Assembly (NCBI RefSeq): GCF_036971445.1
Contig: NC_091472.1
Span: 203,546,001-203,610,000, forward strand
Length of the DNA: 64,000 bases
Direction of reading: 5' to 3'
DNA from: Narcine bancroftii
Taxonomy: Eukaryota
Positions 51,965 through 62,689 of this stretch are shown one piece after another. Position numbers and translations under genes: made by a program. Under the pieces are notes generated by a model. The model did not search any database, had not been told where the DNA came from, and was given only the letters and a program-made list of their open reading frames with translations. Each line of letters opens with the position of its first letter. Position 1 is the stretch's first letter.

Positions 51965-53838
51965 CCAACCGCTCAGTCCAAGATTCCGCCCTGCTCCAGC
52001 TCCCTCAACAGCCCCTAAGGCTAGAGCTGGATGAGGTTCCCACCCTGGATGAGACATATAAGGCAATCGAACAACTGAAAAGTGGCAAAGCAGCAGGTAT
52101 GGATGGAATCCCCCCAGAAGTCTGGAAGGCTGGCGGCAAAACTCTGCATGCCAAACTGCATGAGTTTTTCAAGCTTTGTTGGGACCAAGGTAAACTGCCT
52201 CAGGATCTTCGTGATGCCACCATCATCACCCTGTACAAAAACAAAGGCGAGAAATCAGACTGCTCAAACTACAGGGGAATCACGTTGCTCTCCATTGCAG
52301 GCAAAATCTTCGCTAGGATTCTACTAAATAGAATAATACCTAGTGTCGCTGAGAATATTCTCCCAGAATCACAGTGCGGCTTTTGCGCAAACAGAGGAAC
52401 CACTGACATGGTCTTTGCCCTCAGACAGCTCCAAGAAAAGTGCAGAGAACAAAACAAAGGACTCTACATCACCTTTGTTGACCTCACCAAAGCCTTCGAC
52501 ACCGTGAGCAGGAAAGGGCTTTGGCAAATACTAGAGCGCATCGGATGTCCCCCAAAGTTCCTCAACATGATTATCCAACTGCACGAAAACCAACAAGGTC
52601 GGGTCAGATACAGCAATGAGCTCTCTGAACCCTTCTCCATTAACAATGGCGTGAAGCAAGGCTGTGTTCTCGCACCAACCCTCTTTTCAATCTTCTTCAG
52701 CATGATGCTGAACCAAGCCATGAAAGACCCCAACAATGAAGACGCTGTTTACATCCGGTACCGCACGATTGGTAGTCTCTTCAATCTGAGGCGCCTGCAA
52801 GCTCACACCAAGACACAAGAGAAACTTGTCCGTGAACTACTCTTTGCAGATGATGCCGCTTTAGTTGCCCATTCAGAGCCAGCTCTTCAGCGCTTGACGT
52901 CCTGCTTTGCGGAAACTGCCAAAATGTTTGGCCTGGAAGTCAGCCTGAAGAAAACTGAGGTCCTCCATCAGCCAGCTCCCCACCATGACTACCAGCCCCC
53001 CCACATCTCCATCGGGCACACAAAACTCAAAACGGTCAACCAGTTTACCTATCTCGGCTACACCATTTCATCAGATGCAAGGATCGACAATGAGATAGAC
53101 AACAGACTCGCCAAGGCAAATAGCGCATTTGGAAGACTACACAAAAGAGTCTGGAAAAACAACCAACTGAAAAACCTCACAAAGATAAGCGTATACAGAG
53201 CCGTTGTCATACCCACACTCCTGTTCGGCTCCGAATCATGGGTCCTCTACCGGCACCACCTACGGCTCCTAGAACGCTTCCACCAGCGTTGTCTCCGCTC
53301 CATCCTCAACATCCATTGGAGCGCTCACACCCCTAACGTCGAGGTACTCGAGATGGCAGAGGTCGACAGCATCGAGTCCACGCTGCTGAAGATCCAGCTG
53401 CGCTGGATGGGTCACGTCTCCAGAATGGAGGACCATCGCCTTCCCAAGATTGTATTATATGGCGAGCTCTCCACTGGCCACCGTGACAGAGGTGCACCAA
53501 AGAAAAGGTACAAGGACTGCCTAAAGAAATCTCTTGGTGCCTGCCACATTGACCACCGCCAGTGGGCTGATAACGCCTCAAACCGTGCATCTTGGCGCCT
53601 CACAGTTTGGCGGGCAGCAGCCTCCTTTGAAGAAGACCGCAGAGCCCACCTCACTGACAAAAGGCAAAGGAGGAAAAACCCAACACCCAACCCCAACCAA
53701 CCAATTTTCCCTTGCAACCGCTGCAATCGTGTCTGCCTGTCCCGCATCGGACTGGTCAGCCACAAACGAGCCTGCAGCTGACGTGGACTTTTTTACCCCC
53801 TCCATAAATCTTCGTCCGCGAAGCCAAGCCAAAGAAGA
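51965..53838 (+). mobile_element. Young RTE LINE in the IgL J-C intron (antisense to the gene); open RT ORF 52099-53781
   Basis: Near-identical to the 39.4-41.2 kb copy; 3' end GCCAAGCCAAAGAAGA. No TSD identified. Confidence 0.93.
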
Positions 53839-54489
53839 TCTCTGTCCGCCAAATTTAAGCCACCCTAAAATTGGTTAACTCTGCAGTTCCAACCAGTCGG
53901 CATCGATATCGAATTTCTATTAACCTCCTGCTTCCCTCGACACTCCCCCCCCCCCCTCACTTCTCACCTTTTCTCCTCTCCTACCATCTTACCCGGTAGC
54001 CTGTGGTCATCACCCTTTCCCACCCACCCCCTTCCCCCAGCGTTTTAATTCAGACCTTTGCACATTGCTGGTGAAGGGCTCCCGCCCGGAACAGCCGACT
54101 ACCTTTTACCGTGACCTGCTAAGTGGTCCGGCCACGTTTGTGTCCGGCACTTGATCCGAGCGGCCTTTCTTGTTCGCCTCAAAATTGGTCAATGTTTTAT
54201 ATGCAATAACTACGAGTCGGAGGGTGATGGGATGGAGAGACATGATCTCCCATGTTGAACGGCAGGGCACCTGAACGGTAAACCAGCAATGTGCGGGTGA
54301 AGATTACGAGCGTGTTAAAAATCAGCAGGAGTTAAATATAGAAGTACATCTAATCAGAGAGAAGAAAGCAGAAGTATTTCTACATAAACGGGAATCGAAA
54401 TTGCTGGTTGCTGATAAAGAGAAACGTTTGCTTACTGTTGGAATAAACTCATCATGATCTTGGTGGAGGGTCTGTAATCACCTAAAGCG

Positions 54490-55675
54490 CCATTGATTAA
54501 CCCTCTTTTAGCGTATTTCAAGAGACAATCAGTTCTTGAACATCTGGTCTCGTAAAGGGGTTGTTAATGTTGAAGATTGTTATGAAAGAGGTAAATTTAT
54601 ATCATTTGAGCATATTGGTTTTCCGCAAGGTCCAGATTTATTTTTATTAAGAAATATTGGAGGTACAAGTTGTCAGAAATAAAACTTCTCACACATGAGT
54701 CTCTTTAAAACTGATGACACGACAAGCTTTATTTACAAGTCTGTAGAGTTGGACTCAACTGGCTTCTCACCAGTTAAGCCCCGATACATACAGTGCGTTG
54801 ATTTTTATACCCTTATTGTTTGCCCTTCCCCTTCTTATTAATACTGTTTTAATTGGTTAGTATTGCAAAAGCATCCTAAGTACAACTGCATTTTTAATTA
54901 TCAAGTTCGTTACGTACGCTGCGAACTCTACATACACTAAATTCTGTTTCTCACCCTTCTTATCAATCTTTTGTCTCCTGCATGTCTCTCACTATGACCA
55001 TGAAAAGATATGTTTAAAAAAACATATCCAGCTGAACCTTTTGTCCTTGGCTGCCAGTAAGCTCCCTGTCCGTTCTGGCTTCCCTTATTATGATTAATCA
55101 TCACATTTTAACTTAAGCCATTTTAACCTAAATTCTCTATATATAACACAAGTCCTAAATTGAAACTGTCAGTTTATCAACTGGAATCTGTGAAGTTAGT
55201 GCTAGTGGTAGCAAGGAAATGTATTGCGATTACTTGGAAAATCGGATACATCGTTGGCTACGTCAAAGGGGCATAATGAAATTCAAAGTTGTATTCCTTT
55301 AGAAAAAAAAGCTTATCATTTAAGGAACAAGTACCCTTTTTTTAACGAATTTGGCGCCCAGATACCCAAATAATGGGTTTAAATTTGTAGTGAAATCCTT
55401 CTTATGCCTCTTGGGCTGCGGGATTCTCCTCTGTATGTCAGATCTGATTATTTGTACTGGACATCTCTGCAATCCAAAGAATTATTTTATCTCTCTTTTT
55501 ATACCTATAAAGTTTTATTTTTCAGTTTGTACATCGTTTCTTTGAGGGGGATGGTTGGGTGGGAGAGGGGGACTTTTGGGGCGGGATGAAAACCATCAAT
55601 TTGTTTTTTTATATCGGTAGTGTGGTAATAATTATAGTCACTGCATGTGTGGAATTTTAAATAAAATATTTAAAA
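54490..55675 (+). mobile_element. Degenerate L1 3' fragment in the J-C intron, split by a solo LTR
   Basis: VEDCYERGKFISFE and VVARKCIAITWK..HNEIQSCIPLEK-like peptides; G-rich 3'UTR and AATAAA near 55660. Confidence 0.65.
54671..55148 (-). mobile_element. Solo LTR (478 bp) in the J-C intron, same orientation as the IgL gene
   Basis: TG...CA termini with 5-bp TSD CAAGT (54666-54670 / 55149-55153). Minus-strand TATAAAAA (near 54802-54809) followed by AATAAA (54728-54733). Confidence 0.75.
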
Positions 55676-56291
55676 CAATTCCGTGCTTTGCGAAGCTGAA
55701 TTACCAAATTGATCAAATTTGAACAAATTAACTTGGAACTCTGAATGCCGGCTGGTTTACTTCTTATCGAGTTTAGAAGCAACATCCCGATCAAGGTTTT
55801 GCCTCTGTTTTGCACCGCACGGAATCGAATTCAACTCTTGACTCACTTTCACCGGTTCAACGATCGCCCCGGTGTTAGTCGCCAGGGTTCACTCTGAATT
55901 TGAAGGGCAGGCGACGAAGATGAGATCGCCTTGCCAGCCAACAACTCAGCGCTGGATTGCGAGGATGCAGCAGGGGCCGATGGCCGTTGGTCTGATGTGG
56001 GGCCGATGAAGGGAAAACGGTACTTGCGTGGCCCGCGCATATTTTACCTGCGCGGAGAGGTATTCGGTTTGTGCATTTTTTGACGGAGACGGCAGGGGAT
56101 TTGGGGAACCCAATGGGTTGGCCATAAATATTTCCATTGACATCGGAGTCCTCCATCTACTGCCTTTCAAAATCATTAACCTGGGGTGTAAAATTCAGCA
56201 CTCTGTGATAGCGGGTGTTCGATAACAAATAACGGATCTGTGAAGGAAATCACGCACAAGAATAACCCAGGCACGAAATGAAGTTACTTAC

Positions 56292-56651
56292 TCGAGATGG
56301 TTAGCTTCGTCCCGGACCCGAAGTAGAAAGTGCTGGTGGAACCCACCCACACAGCGCAGTAGTAATGAGCGTCGTCCTCTACTTGGACGGGACTGATAAT
56401 TAAATATCTGGTGTTAGCTGCCACGTTACTTTTCCCGGAGAATCGAGCAGGAACACCGGAGGCTCTGTATAGAGTATCTGTATTGTGGTACATGGTTAAC
56501 CGAGGAGGATCATTCTCAGACTTCTGTTGGTACCAGTCAATATTAGCGTTCCCCAAAACGACGCCACTCAAAGCACAATATATTTCAATATTTCCTCCAC
56601 TAGCAGTAGAAACATCCGGCGGTTGACTTAAGGAAATCTCCGCTGTTGAAT
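56292..56651 (-). CDS. IGLV: Germline-joined IgL V-J exon (lambda-like)
   Basis: Acceptor CCTTTTCAG, donor GTAAGT. (D)STAEISLSQPPDVSTASGGNIEIYCALSGVVLGNANIDWYQQK..GVPARFSG..EDDAHYYCAVWVGSTSTFYFGSGTKLTIS. All canonical V residues and FGxG are in one frame, with no RSS between V and J. Confidence 0.95.
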
Positions 56652-56752
56652 CTGAAAAGGAAGAGGAGTAAATCTTGAGGCACTTGAGTCACGAAATGAT
56701 AGGGTGCTCGAAACGTTATTCACTGCGCGCCGAGCAGGCAAGGAAACGTTAC

Positions 56753-56801
56753 CTGAGACCAAAAGTACCATCAGAGTGACGACTCCGAGACCCTTCGACA
56801 T
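56753..56801 (-). CDS. IgL leader exon (signal peptide)
   Basis: MSKGLGVVTLMVLLVS, phase-1 donor G|GTAAC, 101-bp intron. Spliced CDS is 49+360+329 = 738 nt (245 aa plus stop). Confidence 0.9.
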
Positions 56802-56859
56802 TGTGAAGAAAGAGGTCGGCCCGACGCTGTCCATGGTGCGCAAGATCAACGCGCTTCCC

Positions 56860-56867
56860 TTTTTATC
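56860..56867 (-). promoter_or_regulatory. TATA-like box GATAAAAA
   Basis: Lies about 26 nt downstream of the octamer and about 60 nt upstream of the leader ATG, the usual Ig promoter spacing. Confidence 0.55.
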
Positions 56868-56893
56868 GCTATTGGGAACAAGGAGCAAAACGT

Positions 56894-56901
56894 ATGCAAA
56901 T
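56894..56901 (-). promoter_or_regulatory. Ig octamer ATTTGCAT (light-chain promoter orientation)
   Basis: Perfect ATGCAAAT on plus, i.e. ATTTGCAT on the gene strand, about 93 nt upstream of the ATG. Confidence 0.88.
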
Positions 56902-57111
56902 TCTTAATCAGAAGGCAGGATTTCATTCGACCCTCTCAAATAATGACGTGACGCGCAACCCTTTGGCAGGAGGATTTTATTTTAAAAAATCATTGTGAAT
57001 TTACAGAGCGCCATAATAAGATCGCGCCTAGATTTATTGTGTACAGGTCCCAGTGGTTCTCTGCCTTTTCCCATTCCCCTCACATCCCACTTTAAATATT
57101 CCCTCTGCTAT

Positions 57112-58682
57112 TAATTTAATGGGTAGGATAAATACAATCAAGATGAATATTTTTCTGCGTATACAATATTTGTTTCAATCTATTCCGTATTTACTTGATA
57201 ATTTTTTTTTGAGATTTGAATAAAATGGTTAGGGAGTTTTTATGGAGAGGTAAATTTTCGAGAGTAGCTTTGAACAAATTAACTTGGAAATATGAGTTAG
57301 GGGGATTACGTTTACCACATTTTCAAAATTATTATGAAGCAGCCCAACTTAAATTTATTAGTTCATTGATGGATTTGGTAGGGCCTCCTAGTTGGGCTAA
57401 AATTGAGATGGCAAGTATTTCTGAATTTAAAATACATCAATTTTTGTTTAGATGGAATATAAATTTGTTACAACAATATAATGTGCCTATACTAAAACAT
57501 TTAATGAAGTTATGGATAAAGAAAACTAAAAGGACAGGCTCGAGGGGTAAATTATCGGCTTTGACTCCGTTGTATAATAATCAACTTATTTCTTTTTCAA
57601 TACATAATCAATCTTTATTGCATTGGAGATTTAAAGGTGTGAAAAATTTGGGAGATTGTTTTAAAGGGTAAGTTTTTATCTTTTAATCAGATGAGGGCAA
57701 GTTTTGGTATTGATAAGAATTCTTTATTTCTTTATTATCAAATTCAATCTTTGGTAAAATGTATGTTTGGTAGTGATATGATTTTACCTGAAATGACTAA
57801 ATTTGAGACTTTTCTTATGAAGGTACCAGAGAAGGGTTATATTTCATCTATGTATCAAATATTACAGGATGGTATGGATAAAAAGGGTTGGGATAGAGCT
57901 AAAATTAAATGGGAAGCCGATATTGGTTTTATTTTTTCTGAAGATGATTGGTTAGATATCTGTTATGATAGTGTAACTAGATTGATAAGTGCACGTTATG
58001 CAATGACTAATTACAATTTTTTTCATCAATTATATTTGACACCTGAAAAATTAAAAATGTATGGTTTTCATGAATCAGATTTTTTTAGATGTGGTGATAC
58101 GGTTGGAACTCTTTTCATGCTGTCTGGTCATGTATACATATACAATCTTTTTGGAAGAAAATTCAATCGTTTTTAGAATATCTGTATAAGATTAAAATAG
58201 TTTTAGATCCAACAGTATTTTTATTGGGTAGTTTGCAACCTCTGAAAGGTTTGGGATTAGATAAGTTCCAGCTTGCTTTTGCATATTTAGCTTTATCCGT
58301 AGTGAAAAAATGTATTGCTAGTACATGGAAAGATACAAATATGATTGATATTAATAGATGGCATAATGAGATGAAATATTGTTTAATAATGGAAAAAATT
58401 ATGTATGCTTCGCATGATAATTTTTTATTAATAAGTGGCTGTTATACTCAGAGTATTTACATTTCAATTTATATTGATTAGATTTTAATATGTATATTTA
58501 ACTTTTTTAGTATACTTTCTTTTTTCTTTTTTATGGCTCTCCTTAGGAGAGTTGGCTGAAGGGGGGATTCTTTTCTTTTCTTTTTTCTATATATATAAAA
58601 AAAGTTTGTGTTTATGTTTAATTGCTGCATATGTCATATTATTTGCTTTTTGAATGAATAAATAAAAAAGTTTTTTTTAAAA
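57112..58682 (+). mobile_element. 5'-truncated L1 (ORF2 C-terminal part), same family as 43655-48237
   Basis: 14-bp TSD ATTCCCTCTGCTAT at 57098-57111 and 58683-58696. NKMVREFLWRGKFSRVALNKLTWKYELGG peptide shared with 44613-45137. AATAAA and A-tail. Confidence 0.88.
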
Positions 58683-58967
58683 ATTCCCTCTGCTATCAGT
58701 GCTCTGTGATTAGTAAGGGATTTGTTAAGGTGCGATGTGAGTGGGGAGGGGTTGTGAATCACTGCTCTAGACCCAATTGTTACTGAAATATTGACCCATT
58801 TCCTTTGGAGTTCTGAAACCGTGCACATAACGAGTCAATTAGGGATGATTAAAACAGTGGATTTCAAACTTTTTCTTTCCACCCAAGTCCCAATTTAAGC
58901 AATCCCTTACTAATCACAGAGCACATGGCATAGAGATTACTTAAAGTGGGAGGTGAGTAGAAAGTAA

Positions 58968-59435
58968 TTCGTTTTAGATTAGTCACAGTGTTCAAGCTAC
59001 CGAAAGAAAATAGACACACACACTGAGAGCAGTTCAGTTTATACAAGTCTTTATTACTAAATCTAAAGCTGAATTCACACTACAATATGCAAGCCCTTCC
59101 CAATTATACTTATCAATGCCTGGACTGGTCCCAACTGCCAAAGCGAGGGAACGACTGCACACTTGTTGTCTGGGCGCCGGTAGCAGCTTCTCCATCTCCC
59201 CGGACCGGGACGTCGGTTTGGAATCTTGAAGTTCTTCTTCTTGCTGAGAGATGTTGCCACCTCTTGGAGAGTCTCAAACTTCAGCAGTGGGACCATGGCT
59301 TATATTACCCAAAAGTTGTTTACTTCAGATCTTATCACTTTGAACAAATGATTTAATTATCTTCAAGGTCTCCTGACAGTCTGCGACCAACAAAAGACAA
59401 CTGCATCTCTTGACCTCATGGTGGAAGTTGGATAA
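58968..59435 (-). mobile_element. LTR-like fragment flanked by a 21-bp direct repeat
   Basis: TGGGAGGTGAGTAGAAAGTAA at 58947-58967 and 59436-59456. Minus-strand TATA-like and AATAAA signals. Confidence 0.45.
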
Positions 59436-60190
59436 TGGGAGGTGAGTAGAAAGTAAAAGTTTGAAAACCACCATTTTAATCATCTCTAATTGACTCGTTA
59501 TGTGCACTGTTTCATAAGTCTTAAAGAAATAGGGCAGAGCCAATCTTTTTCAAGCCAAATATTTCAGTAACAATCGGGTCTAGACCAGTGGTTCTCAACC
59601 TTTTCCTTTCCACTCACATCCCACTTTAAATATTTTCTCTGCTATCGGTGCTCTGTGATTAGTAAGGGATTGCTTAAGGTTGGGAATCGCTGCTCTGGAC
59701 CGAATTGTTACTGTAATATTTTGCCTGAGAAAAATTGTCTTTGGCCCATTTCTTTTGGAGTTATGAAACTGTGCACATAACGAGTCATTTAGGGACAATT
59801 AAAATAGTGGTTTTCAAACTTTTTCTTCCCACCCACATACCACCTTAAGCAATCCCTTACTAATCACAGAGCACTGATGGCACAAGGATTACTTAAGTGG
59901 GATGTGAGTTTTTTTAAAAATGCTTTCCCACCCCTGCATTAGTATGGCACATGATCAGCCTTTTCAGCTCATGTGCTGTGCTGAACATGATGCCCAAATC
60001 AAACTAAGGCTCTTCTGCTTCCACTTCTTGGATGTCCCTCCACCCACTTCATGCTTAAATACTTCCTTAGAAGCCTGTTAAATGTTGGTATTATAATCAG
60101 TTCCAATCACTACCCCAGGCAGTCCATACTCTCTGTGTAAAATATTTGTCCCACACAATCTTCCTCAAATCTCCTCCCCTCAGCTTAAAC

Positions 60191-61109
60191 CAGTGGTTCT
60201 CAACCATTTTATTTCCACTCACATACCACTTTAAGTAATCACTATGCTCTGTGATTAGTAAGTGATTGCTTAATGTGGTACATTGGTGGAAAGAAAAAGT
60301 TTGAAACCCACTGTTTTAATTGTACCTCATTAACTCATTATATGCACGGTTTCATAACTCCAAAGGAAATGGGCCAAAGACAATTTTTCTGAAGCAAAAT
60401 AATTCAGTTACAATTGGGTCTAGAGCAGTGGTTCTCAGCCTTCCCTTCCCACCAACATCCCACCTTAAGCAAGAATACATAGGAACATAGGAATATAGGA
60501 AGAAGGAACAGGAGTAGGCCAAAAATGGCCCATCGAGCCTGCTCCGCCATTCAATAAGATCATGGCTGATCTAATTTATGACCTAACTCTACCTACCTGC
60601 CTTCTCCCCATATCCCCTAATTCCTCTATCATGTAAAAATTTATCTAACCGAATTTTAAATGTGTTTAATGAAGCAGCCTCAACCACTTCCCTGGTTAGA
60701 GAATTCCAAACATTCACTACTCTCTGGGAAAAACTATTTTTCCTCATCTCTGTCCTAAATCTACTCCCCCGAATCTTGAGACTGTGTCCTCTCATTTTAG
60801 TTTCCCTGGCCAACTCTAAAAACCTTCCTACATTTATCCTATCCATACCCTTCATAATCCTATATGTTTCTATAAGATCTCCTCTCATTCTTCTGAACTC
60901 AAGCAAATATAATCCTAGACGATTTAATCTTTCATCATAAGTCAACCCCTTCATCCCAGGGATCAACCTAGTAAACCTCCTCTGGACCGTCTCCAAAGCC
61001 AGTATATCCTTCCTCAAATATGGAGACCAGAACTGGACACAGTATTCCAGGTGCGGTCTCATCACTTAAGGTGGTATATGAGTGAAAAGAAAAAGGTTGA
61101 GAACCACTG
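60191..61109. mobile_element. hAT-Charlie-type MITE containing a CR1 insertion
   Basis: TIRs CAGTGGTTCTCAACC / GGTTGAGAACCACTG; 8-bp TSD GCTTAAAC / GTTTAAAC. Confidence 0.75.
60471..61065 (-). mobile_element. CR1 LINE 3' end
   Basis: RPHLEYCVQFWSP..LETVQRRFTR..RRMRGDLIETY..FSQRVVNVWN peptide; (TTCCTATG)-like 3' tail. Confidence 0.9.
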
Positions 61110-61410
61110 GTTTAAACCCATGCCCTTTAGTGTGTGGCACTCTTCTCCTGAGAGGAAATACTCTATCAATAACTCTCATGATTTACATGAAGGTTTCCCT
61201 TCAGCCTCAGACTCCAGAGAAAACAATCCAGGTTTGCCCAATCTCTTCCATAACTCTAAGCCAGCCAACATCCTTGTAGATCTCTTCTGTATCCTTCAGA
61301 TTATACAATGGGACAACCAGAATGACACAGAGTATTCCAGGTTCAGTGCTAATATGACTTCCTTATCTTGGTACTTATCTCGGTAAGCCAAGCATACATA
61401 TGCTCTCCTG

Positions 61411-62010
61411 TATCAGAATCAGAATTTATTGTCATAAACATGTCATGAAATTCATTGTTTGTGGCGGGTTCACAGGGCAAACATTTCTGTAAACCATATT
61501 TCAAAATAAATAAAATAGTAAAAGAAAAAAAAGACAAAGTAAGGAAGTGTCTATGCTCATTGATCATTCAGGAATCTAATGGCAGTGGGGAGGAAGCGGA
61601 CCTTGTGTCGCCGAGTGTTCATCTTCAGGCTCCTATACCTTTTTCCCCGATGGGTAGCAGAGTGAAGCCTGGGTGGTGGGGGGAGGTCCTTGAGGGTAGA
61701 GGCTGCTTTCTTAAGATACCACCTCTTGTGGATGTCCTAGGTGAAGTCTGGTGCCCCTGATGTCACAGGCCAAGTTAACAACCTTCTGGAGTTTATTCTT
61801 ATCCTGTGAGTTGGCGCCTCCATACCAGGCAGTGATATAACCAGACAGAATGCTCTCCATGGTACGCCTGTAGAAGTTTTCAAGGGTCTTTGTTAACATA
61901 TCGAATCTTCTCAAACTCCATATAAAGTATAGCGTTCTTCGTGATTGCATCAACATGAAGGCTTCTGGACAATTTCCTCAGAGATATTGACACCTAGGAA
62001 TTCGAAGTTC
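61411..62010 (-). mobile_element. Rex1/Babar LINE 3' end
   Basis: LRRF..KTLENFYRRTMESILSGYITAWYG peptide; AATAAA and (TCTGAT) tail. Confidence 0.75.
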
Positions 62011-62149
62011 TTGATCCGTTTCCCAATCGATTGTCATCAATGAGAACGTGGAAAAGTATTTCAACCGAAAACAAAGATAAACTGGAAAAACATAGCAGGT
62101 CAGACAGTGGCTGTGGGGTTCAAAAAGGGCTTCACATTTTGGGTCAATG

Positions 62150-62545
62150 ATGTTTCTGATTTAAGATGTACTCTCAAAGTACATACATGACATCACATAC
62201 AACCCTGAGATTCTTTTTTTAATGAGGGAAAGGCAGAATTACCACTTGTTGGTAGTGCAAAAAAACTGCACAATGTACACGGATAAACAAATAAAGAAAT
62301 TTAAACAAACTGAATGTACAAATACAGAGAGAAAAAATCAATAAAGTGCACAAGTCAGAGTCCTTAAATGTGTCCCTGATTGAGTTTGTCATTGAGGAGT
62401 GTAATGGTGGAGGGGTAGCAGCTGTTCCTGAATCTGGTGGTGCGAGTCTTGTGGCACTCTTTTCTGCTGGGTGGTGTGGATCTTTGATGGCAGCATTCCT
62501 TGTAGATGTTTTCAATGGTGGGGAGGGTTTTGCCTTGAACATATA
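62150..62545 (-). mobile_element. Second Rex1-like 3' fragment
   Basis: IKDPHHP and TRTTRFRNSCYPSTI peptides. Confidence 0.6.
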
Positions 62546-62689
62546 GCACTACAGCACACTACCATCCTTGACAAGGCAATGCAGCCACCCACAACTCTCT
62601 GCATAAAAAACGTACCCTTGATGTCTCCCCCTAAACTTCCCTTCCTTATACAAGCTCCTGTTTCATTTTTGGTGGTTGGTGCAGGCTGC

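Larger units (their letters stand above)
57051..59910. mobile_element. Cluster of hAT-Charlie-type MITE pieces (interrupted by L1 and an LTR-like insert)
   Basis: Repeated CAGTGGTTCTCAACC-type TIRs (57051, 59587 and others), TCTAGA target-like sites and a shared internal GTGCTCTGTGATTAGTAAGGGATT motif. Confidence 0.65.

Noticed and set aside
55420-55429. NF-kB-like GGGATTCTCC in the J-C intron
   Set aside because: A single degenerate 10-mer inside an L1 remnant with no supporting motif cluster.
56180-56208. Heptamer-like CACAGAG on the minus strand in the J-C intron
   Set aside because: No credible nonamer at 12- or 23-nt spacing.
56335-56347. Short inverted repeat GGTGG-AAC-CCACC in CDR3 as possible P-nucleotides
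   Set aside because: P-additions are spacer-less palindromes, the V/J boundary is unknown without unjoined paralogues, and a 5-bp stem is expected by chance.
56284-56571. ORF-track 95-aa V protein and the 127-aa C ORF (50827-51210) as standalone genes
   Set aside because: They are exons of one spliced gene; the ORF starts are artefacts of unspliced translation.
58984-59011. Perfect RSS heptamer CACAGTG plus 12 nt plus AAAGAAAAT
   Set aside because: The nonamer matches only 5/9, it lies inside a repeat fragment, and there is no adjacent V or J segment.
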